55,134 nt of DNA from a virus. Its lineage: Duplodnaviria; Heunggongvirae; Uroviricota; Caudoviricetes. Under the pieces are notes generated by a model, which searched no databases, had not been told where the DNA came from, and was given only the letters and a program-made list of their open reading frames with translations. The translations under genes were made by a program, and so were the position numbers. Location: the IMG/VR virus record IMGVR_UViG_2547132035_000002. One strand, written 5' to 3'. Position 1 is the stretch's first letter. The number at the start of each line of letters is the position of its first letter. Below, piece by piece: positions 18,693-28,442 of the stretch.

Positions 18693-19436
18693 ATGAGTGA
18701 ATCAAGAAAAAAGATATTATTATTTAATCAGCACTTTGCATATATTAACAGAAGATTTTATGAACAGTTTCTTAATGAATTTGAAATGACAGACTTTACA
18801 GGATATATCAAATCATGTGCTAAAAAACAGTTTGGAATCATTCTTAATAATGTAGATGATGTAAAAGAACTTAATGAAGAGATTGAAGCTTATAATTATG
18901 ATAGTTCTTCAGACTGGCTAAGAGAAAAGATGAGAAACAGTTTGGGCATTTCAGGATATCGTTACTATATAGATGAATTGCTATGTTTGGATGATATCCA
19001 TAGTGATAACGATATTGCTGACTCAAGAACAAAAGGATACAACGTAATATGTACAGCAGAGCAGTGGATAAAGAAGTTTCCATTATTAGATACAAAAAAA
19101 GTATTCTATGATAAAACGATTCTTGGAAATACTTTCTATTATGATAAAGAAAAATATGCAATGGTAGAAGTCTATGGAGGCTATCCAACTGAAGTTAAAC
19201 AAGAATTTGAAAACTATACAATAATGCCTTTGGAAAGCAGCTGTGATGCCCAGCAAAGTATTCTGCATAAGATTGATTTTATATATGAAACTTTAAAAGA
19301 AGGCAATTATGAGTATTATACTTTTTTGAATGCAAGACTTTATCGAAATGAAATCATTGATAATCTCATTAGAAATACAACTGATAAAGAGGTTGTTATG
19401 AAACTGAGAAGATGTCAGCAAGATATATTTGATTAG
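18693..19436 (+). CDS. hypothetical protein
   Basis: TGaTAAAAT promoter and AGGAGG RBS before ATG 18693. Confidence 0.8.
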   Translation: MSESRKKILLFNQHFAYINRRFYEQFLNEFEMTDFTGYIKSCAKKQFGIILNNVDDVKELNEEIEAYNYDSSSDWLREKMRNSLGISGYRYYIDELLCLDDIHSDNDIADSRTKGYNVICTAEQWIKKFPLLDTKKVFYDKTILGNTFYYDKEKYAMVEVYGGYPTEVKQEFENYTIMPLESSCDAQQSILHKIDFIYETLKEGNYEYYTFLNARLYRNEIIDNLIRNTTDKEVVMKLRRCQQDIFD

Positions 19437-19577
19437 GAGATAGATGATGAATACTCTTAGTTTTCATGAAGAGATAAAGAGAGTATGTTGATAACAACAA
19501 ATGATATTTATGACAAAGGAAGAATGCACACTTATATTTTTGCTTTATGCGAGTCTTTTATGCATAATGGAAAAATA

Positions 19578-19644
19578 TGTTACAATAAAACTATGAAATT
19601 ATACGAGTGAAGAAGACTATCTATTGGTCTTCTTTTTTGTTGTG
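19578..19644 (+). promoter_or_regulatory. cassette head 12
   Basis: TGtTACAAT, TTATACGA, stem aagaagacta/tggtcttctt, T-tract, GTTGTG, AAGGAGG. Confidence 0.8.
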
Positions 19645-19658
19645 AAGGAGGAAATAAA

Positions 19659-20129
19659 ATGAATGTTCAATGTGACAGATTTTTTGGATGGATGATAGAT
19701 GTTCCTATAGGATTGTATAATCAGAATATCAGAGAGTATTATAAAAAATATTGTAATTTAACTTCATTAAGTGAATTCTATGTCTGGTGCAAGGATAGTT
19801 CTGCAAAAGTACTGTTAGAGAGTGGATTCATTGGCAGTGATTATCTTTATGATTATGATAAAGATGGTGATAATCAGATTACCTTGCTGATTGATAGCAA
19901 TAATGCGTATATTAAACTGATTTATATAGTGGAGTTAACAAGAAATTATGAGGATTTATTTGTAGGTGATAATGATGATAATAAGATTCTTAATCAATAC
20001 CTGAAACAAATTCCTGTTCCTGAAGTTGTCTGTAATCAAATAGAGAGAATTTATCAGGAGTTGTTTAAGACTGATAATATATATCCAATACATTTGCAGG
20101 AATTCTATCATTGGTACAACAAGGGTTAA
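19659..20129 (+). CDS. hypothetical protein
   Basis: AAGGAGG RBS, 156 aa. Confidence 0.8.
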   Translation: MNVQCDRFFGWMIDVPIGLYNQNIREYYKKYCNLTSLSEFYVWCKDSSAKVLLESGFIGSDYLYDYDKDGDNQITLLIDSNNAYIKLIYIVELTRNYEDLFVGDNDDNKILNQYLKQIPVPEVVCNQIERIYQELFKTDNIYPIHLQEFYHWYNKG

Positions 20130-20176
20130 CTTTATATAGTATAGTCGGAAATATTTCTCATTATTTAAAGAGAATA

Positions 20177-20243
20177 TGGTACAATTAAAGAGTAATATAA
20201 ACGAGATGAATCTGTTCACAAGGGGCAGATTCTTTTTTGTTTT
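20177..20243 (+). promoter_or_regulatory. cassette head 13
   Basis: TGgTACAAT, GTAATATAAACGA, stem gaatctgttc/gggcagattc, T6, GTTTT. Confidence 0.85.
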
Positions 20244-20265
20244 CAACAAAAGAAGGAGGAAAGAA

Positions 20266-20703
20266 ATGTCAGATTATAAATATGTAAAAGCAATAAGATA
20301 CAGAAACCCATTATTGCTAGGAGAGTTATTGCCAAATTATATTTATGGAGAAAATAACTATCAGGATTTGATTGATTATATTATGGAATCACATCCAGAA
20401 TACTCAGAAAATCCAATATATAAGCAGTTTATGCTAGGATTTGATAGAGACAATGATTATATTGATTTTGTATTGGAAGAATCTTATGGGAAAAAATGTG
20501 AGGAATGGTGTTCTACTGAAAAACTTGCAGATGAGGAATTTGATGAGTATCAGAAGTTGTTTTCTGAGTTTTTAGATATCCCTCAAGAATCCATTAAAAC
20601 ACTATGTAAAGTGGATTATTGCTATTATACAGGCTATGAACCAACCTTTATTACTTATAAGGAATATGATTATTCAATTAAAAAACAATCACGAGAAAGG
20701 TGA
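20266..20703 (+). CDS. hypothetical protein
   Basis: AAGGAGG RBS before ATG 20266. Confidence 0.8.
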   Translation: MSDYKYVKAIRYRNPLLLGELLPNYIYGENNYQDLIDYIMESHPEYSENPIYKQFMLGFDRDNDYIDFVLEESYGKKCEEWCSTEKLADEEFDEYQKLFSEFLDIPQESIKTLCKVDYCYYTGYEPTFITYKEYDYSIKKQSRER

Positions 20704-20710
20704 AAACTAT

Positions 20711-21043
20711 ATGAATAGGGTAAATACAGGAGCAGAATTTGGGACGTACAATCGTTACACTTATAGGATTTGTTATGGATTAACAAAAGAGGGGAAAATG
20801 GACTATTCCATTCCACACTATGAATTTATTAAACATTGTAGGTGTAAAAATTGTCAAAATCGTCTTAAATATGATAGATTTCCAACAAATAGTTTGACAA
20901 TAATAACTGATGATAAATCTAAGTTTCCAGAAATTGAGAGAATTTTAGATGAGTATGCTTGCAACGAGATTCATTATATTGGAGGACAGTATATATCTTT
21001 TGTGAATGGAAAAAGAAAAGGAGAATGCGTGTATATGGGTTGA
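20711..21043 (+). CDS. hypothetical protein with C-x-C-x-x-C
   Basis: AAAGGTG RBS; HCRCKNC. Confidence 0.7.
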   Translation: MNRVNTGAEFGTYNRYTYRICYGLTKEGKMDYSIPHYEFIKHCRCKNCQNRLKYDRFPTNSLTIITDDKSKFPEIERILDEYACNEIHYIGGQYISFVNGKRKGECVYMG

Positions 21044-21167
21044 GTTTTGGAAGAGAGATTCAATTAAAGGAAGGTTGTAAATTATATCTTTCTGGAAGGT
21101 AATATAGAAACACTAAGTCGTTTTTTGATAAAAAGGCTCCATAAGAAACATGAAAAAGAGGTGTATT

Positions 21168-21590
21168 ATGAATCAAGTTTATAAAGAAGATGCCAAAAAA
21201 TATGGTCCTAAAATGATTAACGAAGTAGATGATGTTAAGGATGTATTTTTAAAGAAATTAAAAATGAATGAAGAGCATAAAGAAGTAATGATGCTTTTCG
21301 CCTTAGATACAAGAAATAGAATTATTGAGGTGTTTGAAGTATTTGGAGGAGAATCAGATATTAAAATTGTTACTCCTAGGAAAATGTTTAAAAGTCTAGT
21401 TTTATGTAATGCATATCGTTTCATATGCGTTCATAATCATCTGAACGGTGATACTTGTCCTAGTGCGGAAGACAAACAATTAGCAAAGGAACTTCAAAAA
21501 TATGGTGAAATGTTACAGATTGAATTGCTTGATTTTTGTATTGTTGGAGATAACAATATTTTATCATTTCAAAATAAATCATTACTATAA
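21168..21590 (+). CDS. radC: RadC-like JAB/MPN domain protein
   Basis: Intact JAMM motif H-N-H-x7-S-x2-D (HNHLNGDTCPSAED) and LLDFCIVG. Confidence 0.85.
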   Translation: MNQVYKEDAKKYGPKMINEVDDVKDVFLKKLKMNEEHKEVMMLFALDTRNRIIEVFEVFGGESDIKIVTPRKMFKSLVLCNAYRFICVHNHLNGDTCPSAEDKQLAKELQKYGEMLQIELLDFCIVGDNNILSFQNKSLL

Positions 21591-21603
21591 AGGAGAAAAA
21601 ACA

Positions 21604-21861
21604 ATGAATAATAGTTTTTGGGATACAGTCAAAGGCCAACAGTTAGCAGATGTACTAATAGTAACATTACCTAAACTAGTTAAAGAAAAGTCGGTTAAAA
21701 AGACAAAACAATATATAAAGCAATATAAAAAGGATGATATGAGACCAAATTATTTTGTTGATGTTATCCAGCAAGAGATTGACTTTGGTAACAATATTAT
21801 TGCTATGACATATGATAATGATGATGCATATATTTATGTCGTTTATGAGAAGGAGGAATAA
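21604..21861 (+). CDS. hypothetical protein
   Basis: AAGGAG RBS before ATG 21604. Confidence 0.7.
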   Translation: MNNSFWDTVKGQQLADVLIVTLPKLVKEKSVKKTKQYIKQYKKDDMRPNYFVDVIQQEIDFGNNIIAMTYDNDDAYIYVVYEKEE

Positions 21862-21864
21862 GGA

Positions 21865-22569
21865 ATGGAAGATATGAGAAATAAAGTGATTTTTGGAGGG
21901 ATTTATGAAGCCAATCCGAGTAAAATCTGTTCATCAACAGATAGAATTAATGGATATGACCAGCATTATGGACTTTTTGTACCTGTATTTAATCAAAAGA
22001 CAGGCAAAGTTCATATGGTAGATACATATAAGATAGACATGTATTGCAACTATGAAAATGCGATTAAAAAACTCAAACAATTCTCAGAAAGTGGGGCTTA
22101 TACAATTAGTAAGGCATACAGTGAATATTACTATAATACATCACCTGTACTTGCTGAGAGTAATTTCCATTTATTTACATTCTTGGGAAATCTTGAGGAT
22201 TATCATGAGGTGTCCAAAAGGGACTATGTGGAATATGAAGATGCTGATAAAATAAACAATATCTATTTAGGATTTGAATGGAAATATCCAAGTGGTTCAT
22301 ATTTAGTAAAAAATGGAGCTAAAAAATCTCAATTAAGGATATTGCAAGGTTTAAATTATCTCATTTCAGGTAATTGTTCTTTCCATACATTTTGGGATTT
22401 AGAGGAATTTGAGAAAAATCTTAAAAAGTATGAGGAATCTGAATCAGTAGATGAAGAATCTATATCCAATTTCAAAAAGACACTTGAAAAAGCTAAAAAA
22501 TATTTAGAACTTAAAGAAGAATATAAAAGATTCTGTCAGGAATTAGATTCAAGGTCACGAAAGGGTTGA
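21865..22569 (+). CDS. hypothetical protein
   Basis: AAGGAGG RBS, 234 aa. Confidence 0.8.
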   Translation: MEDMRNKVIFGGIYEANPSKICSSTDRINGYDQHYGLFVPVFNQKTGKVHMVDTYKIDMYCNYENAIKKLKQFSESGAYTISKAYSEYYYNTSPVLAESNFHLFTFLGNLEDYHEVSKRDYVEYEDADKINNIYLGFEWKYPSGSYLVKNGAKKSQLRILQGLNYLISGNCSFHTFWDLEEFEKNLKKYEESESVDEESISNFKKTLEKAKKYLELKEEYKRFCQELDSRSRKG

Positions 22570-22575
22570 TGAAAT

Positions 22576-22749
22576 ATGAAGGATAATAAAAATATCCATA
22601 TAAAACCTCGTCAAAAACAATTAACAAAATATACTGATGAGGAAAAGTATGCTTTATTTGTGGAAGGGAAACATAGAATCCCTTCTCCACAAAAGAATAA
22701 AAAGAAATATATAAGAAAAAACAAATACAAAAAGGATGTGAATGTATGA
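22576..22749 (+). CDS. small very basic protein (57 aa, not in ORF track)
   Basis: MKDNKNIHIKPRQ...HRIPSPQKNKKKYIRKNKYKKDVNV fills the gap between flanking genes. Confidence 0.55.
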   Translation: MKDNKNIHIKPRQKQLTKYTDEEKYALFVEGKHRIPSPQKNKKKYIRKNKYKKDVNV

Positions 22750-23036
22750 TTGCAAGAGAAACCTCTTCAATTCAATCTTGGGAAAAAATAAAACAATATA
22801 TTCTTGATAATCAAATTGAAGAATTATATAATGACGTTCAAATTGTTTCTTATGATATCAACAATAATTTCGAACCAACAATATTAGATACAATTGATAT
22901 ATGTTTAGAATCTCTTCATGATTCAACCCAAGAAAGTAGTCAATGTAAAAAACTTTTAAATGAAGTTCGAAGTCATATTGTTGGCGATAAATATACTTAT
23001 TATCAAACACTTATATTAGATAAGGAGGACTTTTAA
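22746..23036 (+). CDS. hypothetical protein
   Basis: ATGA overlap with the upstream ORF. Confidence 0.7.
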   Translation: MIARETSSIQSWEKIKQYILDNQIEELYNDVQIVSYDINNNFEPTILDTIDICLESLHDSTQESSQCKKLLNEVRSHIVGDKYTYYQTLILDKEDF

Positions 23037-23533
23037 TGTCTGTAGATGTAAATTATATAAACCCACAATACGGGATAGCATTAAACAAAGAAGAAATGAG
23101 GTATTTTTTACTACATGTGAAATATTCAAAAGAATTATTTCCATATATTGATTTAAAAGAATTTGAGAATATGAATAAAAAAATATTTATTGGAAAAGAT
23201 GAACAAGAATACAGTATTGATGATTTTTTAAATAATATTGGAAATTCTTTATATGATTCAGATATTGTTGTTTATGAGGGACAATTTTCTCTATATGGAG
23301 ATAGAGATGAGGTAGTCTTTACAGCCATGAATGGAGAAGAAGATAATGAACATTATTATTTTTCATTATTTTTATTATATGAAAATAAAATTAACTACAA
23401 AAATCTATCTTTTGGCTATATTAATGAATCAGAAATGATTAATGAGATAAAAAATAAATACGCATATGCATTGCCGAATGATTTCGAGTGGGAATCTCAT
23501 TTAGGGTTTGTTGAAGGATTTTATTATGACTAA
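23036..23533 (+). CDS. hypothetical protein
   Basis: TAATG coupling, AAGGAGG RBS. Confidence 0.8.
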   Translation: MSVDVNYINPQYGIALNKEEMRYFLLHVKYSKELFPYIDLKEFENMNKKIFIGKDEQEYSIDDFLNNIGNSLYDSDIVVYEGQFSLYGDRDEVVFTAMNGEEDNEHYYFSLFLLYENKINYKNLSFGYINESEMINEIKNKYAYALPNDFEWESHLGFVEGFYYD

Positions 23534-23549
23534 GAAAAACCTTTAATAT

Positions 23550-23602
23550 ACGAGAAAGATAAAATATAGATAGTGTACATACATCATGTGCACTATTTTT
23601 TT
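23550..23602 (+). terminator. promoterless ACGA-tagged terminator
   Basis: TAATATACGA then atagtgtacat/atgtgcactat, T7. Confidence 0.7.
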
Positions 23603-23604
23603 AT

Positions 23605-23638
23605 TGTGATATACTGATATTAGCTTATACAGCTGGAG
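23605..23638 (+). promoter_or_regulatory. Ntn leader motif A with promoter
   Basis: TGaTATACT then AGC-ttataca-GCT-GGAG. Confidence 0.6.
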
Positions 23639-23646
23639 GGTGTTGT

Positions 23647-24315
23647 ATGTTAGAAATGACAAACAAGAAAGGGGATAGAAGAAACTTTATGTCATATATG
23701 GTTGTTATTAAGAATGTGAATGGAATTGTCATGGCTTCAGATTCATATAGTACATATCCTGATAGAACCCTAAAAGACTCCAATTACAAAAAAATCCACT
23801 GTTTAATACCAAATGTTTTATGCGTTGGAATCACAGGAATCAATCAGGTATATGTAGGGAAAGAATTGGTGGATATTAATGGGACATTATTGGAATATTT
23901 TAGGGCTGTATCAGATAAAAATATTGCTGATATTGTGAAAAAATACTCTGAATTCCTCAAAATTACCTGTGATAGAGAATGCAAGGATATGCGCCTGATG
24001 GTTGCCTACAAAAAGACATTGTATAGAGTAGATATCATTCACCATAAGATTCCATCTATTGAATTTTACAATGATAATGAATTGGATATTATCACTTCTG
24101 GCGAAGAGGAGCATATGATAAATGGCTTAAATAGTTTCACTCGCTCAGATATGTTTAATTCACTTGATATAGTCTTGGAGAAAGGGATTCAGTCTGTGGA
24201 AACTGAAATAAAACTAGAAAAAAACCTTTACTCTCAAGGCTATCTTGCAGTTGGAGGAAAGGTTCAGTATGCAGTGATGGATTATTCAAAATTTAATGAA
24301 AATTGTATCCAATAA
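23647..24315 (+). CDS. proteasome-beta/HslV-like Ntn hydrolase 1 (mature start Ser after Met 23689)
   Basis: S1...GIVMASD17...K33K34I; ITSGEE; C-terminal AVGGKVQY. Confidence 0.7.
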   Translation: MLEMTNKKGDRRNFMSYMVVIKNVNGIVMASDSYSTYPDRTLKDSNYKKIHCLIPNVLCVGITGINQVYVGKELVDINGTLLEYFRAVSDKNIADIVKKYSEFLKITCDRECKDMRLMVAYKKTLYRVDIIHHKIPSIEFYNDNELDIITSGEEEHMINGLNSFTRSDMFNSLDIVLEKGIQSVETEIKLEKNLYSQGYLAVGGKVQYAVMDYSKFNENCIQ

Positions 24316-24673
24316 CGCTTTCGCAAACATCTTTAAGAATTGTTTCTGGTATTTCAGCTATACTAATTAAGTAAATTTTTTGTAATCGTGGATTATAAAT
24401 TCCAAGATTCTGTATAGATTCAAAATAAATTGAGTTATCTGAATGTATTCCCATAAGATAATAAATCAGAATTTGAAGTGTATGGTCTTTGCTTGGATGA
24501 TGAATAGATACTTTAAAATCCCAAAGAGTTGTTTCTGTTAAGAAATCTCCATCGCCAGAATGAATATAATCAGTATAACCATTTTCAAAAGTAAAACCCT
24601 TCAAAACTATAGGACCGATATATCCTCCATAGGGTTGTTTAATCATTTTTATTCTCTTTGTTACTGATACCAT
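24293..24673 (-). CDS. PD-(D/E)xK nuclease-like protein, possibly internally deleted
   Basis: SGDGDFLT...LWDFKVS...HTLQILIYY (D, D-x-K, Q-x-x-x-Y). Confidence 0.55.
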   Translation of the reverse strand: MVSVTKRIKMIKQPYGGYIGPIVLKGFTFENGYTDYIHSGDGDFLTETTLWDFKVSIHHPSKDHTLQILIYYLMGIHSDNSIYFESIQNLGIYNPRLQKIYLISIAEIPETILKDVCESVIGYNFH

Positions 24674-24814
24674 TTTATATTTGCCCTTTAATCTCTTATT
24701 TTAATTGAGTATATATAAATAATTATATGACTTTATTCAACTTTTTTCAACATAACTCAATTAGCAAAAATGAATTGGCTAATAAGTTGGTAAAAACGCG
24801 AAATCCTTTAGTTA

Positions 24815-24885
24815 TGATATAATATAGTAGTAAACTATAACGATTATGGAACTCATATTTTTTTGGGTTCCATTTTTTGTTTTAC
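24815..24885 (+). promoter_or_regulatory. cassette head 14 (RBS without a start codon)
   Basis: TGaTATAAT, GTAAACTATAACGA, stem atggaactca/tgggttccat, TTGTTTTAC, AAGGAGG. Confidence 0.8.
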
Positions 24886-25055
24886 AAAAAAAGGAGGAAA
24901 GTATTATTTTCATAAGAATTATGAGTGTTTATCCAAAAAATTAGAAAAATCTATCAAAAGAGAAAAACTATATATAGGAGGATTTTATATTTCTAGTGTA
25001 GTTTTTTATTTTACAAAAAAGGAGGCGGGCTCCACAAAAAGCTGGAGAAATAATT

Positions 25056-26492
25056 GTGAAGGAAAAACAAAAGAATAAAGATATTATCAAAGAGAATAAA
25101 CTGAAAGCATTAAAAATAAGTCAATGTAGAGAAAAAGCAAAGGAAATTGCTAACCTTACAGACTTTAATTCTATGACAATATATAACCATGTTATTGAAG
25201 TTAACCTAAAAGGTAAAGATGTAGAGTATGAAAGGAATCTTAATCCAAGATATACAAAGCATAAAGATGAAATCTACAAAGATGATAGCCGATATAATCT
25301 TATTTGTAATAAAGCTAATAAGAATTTTTCTAGGCTTATGCAGATTGTCAATAATGCAAATAAAGATTTTATTGGAGACTCACAGTATATAGTCTTTCAT
25401 AAAGCGTTGGTAGAATCGATTCGTTCCTGGTTGGATAGCTTTTTAGCATTTAGCAGTCATTTAAAATATGGAAAGCTTGAAGATGATATTGTGGAATTTA
25501 AAAAGATTTTTCCAAGTATTGATAAAGAGTGGCTAGTTATTGATGGAAATAGCTATTTTTCAACAATTCATCAAATTTATTTGACGGAAAGAAGTATAAA
25601 AAAAGAGTCTGAAACATTAGATGTAAAATACTGGGCAAGGTTCTATGCTCAAAAATCTTCAAAAGGAAAGGGGTATACTAAAGATATTCTTTATCCGTCT
25701 GGCTATGAAAGAGACATTCAGATGCTTCAGCTCTTATCACTGGCATTAGAAAAGAACACATATTCATGGGATAATGAGGATATTAAACTATTCTATCAAA
25801 GATTAAATCGGTTACTGTTTGCAATTGTATGTAAGCAGGGATTCAGTCTTACAGCTAATGATTTATTTGTGACAATGCAAGCCATCAAATATCTTATATT
25901 GCCACATAAAAAGCCTATATTATTTCAGCAGTCAAAGAGAATGGATTTTATGACTTTTGTTTCATTATTTAAAAATGAAAATGAAGACTCTTATTCTCAA
26001 TTACAGGATACAACGTACAATATTAAGATTTTTAGGACTATTATTGAAGGAATTATTACAAAGAATTCTAATCATTTGAATTTGGATTATGTATTAGACT
26101 GTCTTAATGAAGTCTTTAAGGCTATGGTCAACTACCAGAATTTATCTTTAGAGCTTCTAAAAGATACTGAAGGCCAATCTGCAAGAGATAGATTAACTAA
26201 AATTGATACTTTATGTAAACAGAAACTTAGAGAAAATCACACATTAAAAGATGAGATTGTCAATGAGCAACTTCCTGTTTATCTTGTGCGAATTAAGCTA
26301 CATGAATTAGTTTCGATGATGGTGGAGACATACAAGGACTATTTAAGTCATAATATCCAAGTGATGATACAGAAAAATCCTAATCTAATGAAAAATATTC
26401 ATTCAATCTATAATATAGGGAATATCCAACAGCAAATGACAATAGAAGAATTTACAATCATTTTCATGGATAGCATTAAAATCAATAATTAA
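25056..26492 (+). CDS. hypothetical helical protein, 478 aa
   Basis: Long ORF, GGAG RBS 8 nt before GTG. Confidence 0.8.
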   Translation: MKEKQKNKDIIKENKLKALKISQCREKAKEIANLTDFNSMTIYNHVIEVNLKGKDVEYERNLNPRYTKHKDEIYKDDSRYNLICNKANKNFSRLMQIVNNANKDFIGDSQYIVFHKALVESIRSWLDSFLAFSSHLKYGKLEDDIVEFKKIFPSIDKEWLVIDGNSYFSTIHQIYLTERSIKKESETLDVKYWARFYAQKSSKGKGYTKDILYPSGYERDIQMLQLLSLALEKNTYSWDNEDIKLFYQRLNRLLFAIVCKQGFSLTANDLFVTMQAIKYLILPHKKPILFQQSKRMDFMTFVSLFKNENEDSYSQLQDTTYNIKIFRTIIEGIITKNSNHLNLDYVLDCLNEVFKAMVNYQNLSLELLKDTEGQSARDRLTKIDTLCKQKLRENHTLKDEIVNEQLPVYLVRIKLHELVSMMVETYKDYLSHNIQVMIQKNPNLMKNIHSIYNIGNIQQQMTIEEFTIIFMDSIKINN

Positions 26493-26521
26493 AATATTCA
26501 GAAAACAAGGATGGTGATAAA

Positions 26522-27118
26522 ATGTATAGACTAACAGAACAATTAGATTATATAAGAAAGAAAATAAATAAGGACAATTATGCAAATAAAAACTTTGAAG
26601 TTGCCTGTACTTACATAAAGATGATTGAGTTATTGATGAGAGACAAGGAAATTGGAGAAAATAATTATTATGAAATAAGTATGTGCCAGGAAAAAAGTCC
26701 TAATTTAGATGCATATATTATATGTACAACAAAGAAACATAATGATTATGGCATACAAGTTAAGTCTGGAAATATATATGATACAACAGTTAAGGAAAGA
26801 ATCTATTTTTCTCAGGACAAGTATCCAATCAATCCCAATCATTATATACTATTAACTTGGAATAAATTTAAGACATATAACAGCTTTCATTCTTTGGAGG
26901 ATGTCCAGGACGAGAGTATTTTAGATATATTAGATTATATTGAAGACAAAAAGGATAATTATAAGCAGGAATGTTGTTTTCTTTTTGAATGTTTAAACAC
27001 AATTGTGAAATATACGAAATGGCATACAGAAGTGAACTGGATTGTTTTAAGCAGACTTCAATCAGAGTTATTAAATAAAAAAAACTGTGAGAATTATTCT
27101 TATTCATTCGCCTGTTAG
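26522..27118 (+). CDS. hypothetical protein
   Basis: 198 aa, AGGATGGTG RBS. Confidence 0.75.
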   Translation: MYRLTEQLDYIRKKINKDNYANKNFEVACTYIKMIELLMRDKEIGENNYYEISMCQEKSPNLDAYIICTTKKHNDYGIQVKSGNIYDTTVKERIYFSQDKYPINPNHYILLTWNKFKTYNSFHSLEDVQDESILDILDYIEDKKDNYKQECCFLFECLNTIVKYTKWHTEVNWIVLSRLQSELLNKKNCENYSYSFAC

Positions 27119-27134
27119 ATTGTGATGAATATTA

Positions 27135-27195
27135 TGATATAATTGAGATGTAATATATACGAAACAAAGGAATCTGCATTTTTGTAGATTCTTTT
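27135..27195 (+). promoter_or_regulatory. cassette head 15
   Basis: TGaTATAAT, TGTAATATATACGA, stem aaggaatctgca/tgtagattcttt. Confidence 0.85.
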
Positions 27196-27221
27196 CTATG
27201 TCATGAAAAGGAGGAAAACAT

Positions 27222-27869
27222 ATGAAGTATAAAATTGGACAAGAAGTTATGACAGAAAGTGAAGGAAAGGGGACTATAGAGGCCATAGATGATTCTCAGC
27301 AAATTCCTCTCTATTTCGTTTATTTTCCACATCTTAAAAATAGCCCTGCTAAAGGATATAAGGTTTTTAATGAAAGACAGTTAAGACCATATATACCAAA
27401 AAAGGAAATTTATATCACTGTTCAAGATGATGAAGTACAGTCCTTTTTGAAGGAAGATGGTAAGGTTGTAAAATCTGCTACTAATAAATGTCATTTAAAG
27501 GATGAGTTTGATTTTGAAGCTGAGGCTAAGCTGGCTTTTGAGAGATTGTTTAAAGAAGACTTCAAACCTCATCTATTATGGGTTCATTATTTATTTGGAA
27601 TTATTGGGACTCCTACAAAAATGAAAGATAATAGAGGACAACAACTATTTGTTGGTGATATTGTTTTAGTTATTGAAAAAGATAGTGGAATAATAGATAC
27701 AAAAATAGTTTGTGAAAATGATGGTAAACAATTTATTATGGAAATAGATGATGATATTGAAGATGATGGAACGATTAATGGATGGTTTGTTATTAAAGAA
27801 AAATCGTATAAAGATTTATATCACAAAGAACGAGTTTGTAATGTTATTGCTATTTTAAAAGAGGATTAA
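27222..27869 (+). CDS. phage-type hypothetical protein
   Basis: MKYKIGQEV, C...DEFDFEAEAKLAFERL and KDNRG..LFVGDIV modules common in phage accessory proteins. Confidence 0.7.
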   Translation: MKYKIGQEVMTESEGKGTIEAIDDSQQIPLYFVYFPHLKNSPAKGYKVFNERQLRPYIPKKEIYITVQDDEVQSFLKEDGKVVKSATNKCHLKDEFDFEAEAKLAFERLFKEDFKPHLLWVHYLFGIIGTPTKMKDNRGQQLFVGDIVLVIEKDSGIIDTKIVCENDGKQFIMEIDDDIEDDGTINGWFVIKEKSYKDLYHKERVCNVIAILKED

Positions 27870-27951
27870 ATATTATTCAATTTATTTAACTATTCTTTGT
27901 TATTTCAAATCATTTTATTAAATTGGAAGGCATTATAAAACTATCAATATA

Positions 27952-28021
27952 TGATATAATGGAATAGTAAAGTTAAACGAGAAGAATCTGTTTCTAAGAA
28001 GCGGGTTCTTTTTTGTTTTAC
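27952..28021 (+). promoter_or_regulatory. cassette head 16
   Basis: TGaTATAAT, GTAAAGTTAAACGA, stem aagaatctgtttc/gaagcgggttctt, TTGTTTTAC. Confidence 0.85.
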
Positions 28022-28043
28022 ACAAAAGAAGGAGGAAGAATAA

Positions 28044-28442
28044 ATGCTTATTGGTTGGTTAGGGATTATTACAGGTATTATTGTATTAATCATTGGAGTT
28101 GGTTTTGGAATTTTGAATATAAAAGATGGAGAAAAAAGGGTTGGTACAATTTGTATAGTCATAGGAATTCTTTTGAGCATAAGTATCTCTATTGGCAGTG
28201 GTTACTGGCTATATGGAACAGAATCTGGAAAGCGTGCTCAAAAAGATTGGATATCAGAAACTTCTGGTGGTATTGAAAGAGTCGTTACTGTTTATGATAT
28301 CAATGGACAGGTGATTCAAACTTATGAAGGAAAATTTGATATTGAGACAAATGAACAGAATTATATTTTGTTTGAAGATGAAAATGGCGAACGTCATACC
28401 ATCTACTATACAACTGGAACAATTATTGTAGATGAAAAATAA
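28044..28442 (+). CDS. membrane protein, DUF5052-like C-terminus
   Basis: Two TM helices then GGIERVVTVYDING..I.TYEGKFDI. Confidence 0.6.
   Translation: MLIGWLGIITGIIVLIIGVGFGILNIKDGEKRVGTICIVIGILLSISISIGSGYWLYGTESGKRAQKDWISETSGGIERVVTVYDINGQVIQTYEGKFDIETNEQNYILFEDENGERHTIYYTTGTIIVDEK

Noticed and set aside
21168-24315. JAB plus proteasome-like genes as a ubiquitin-like conjugation system
   Set aside because: No E1, E2 or Ubl gene is visible. The JAB protein is an ordinary RadC-type gene common on mobile elements and is not adjacent to the Ntn genes.
24863-25078. 71-aa ORF in the track
   Set aside because: Its TTG start lies within the head 14 hairpin, it has no RBS, and it runs through T-tracts and orphan SDs; likely spurious.
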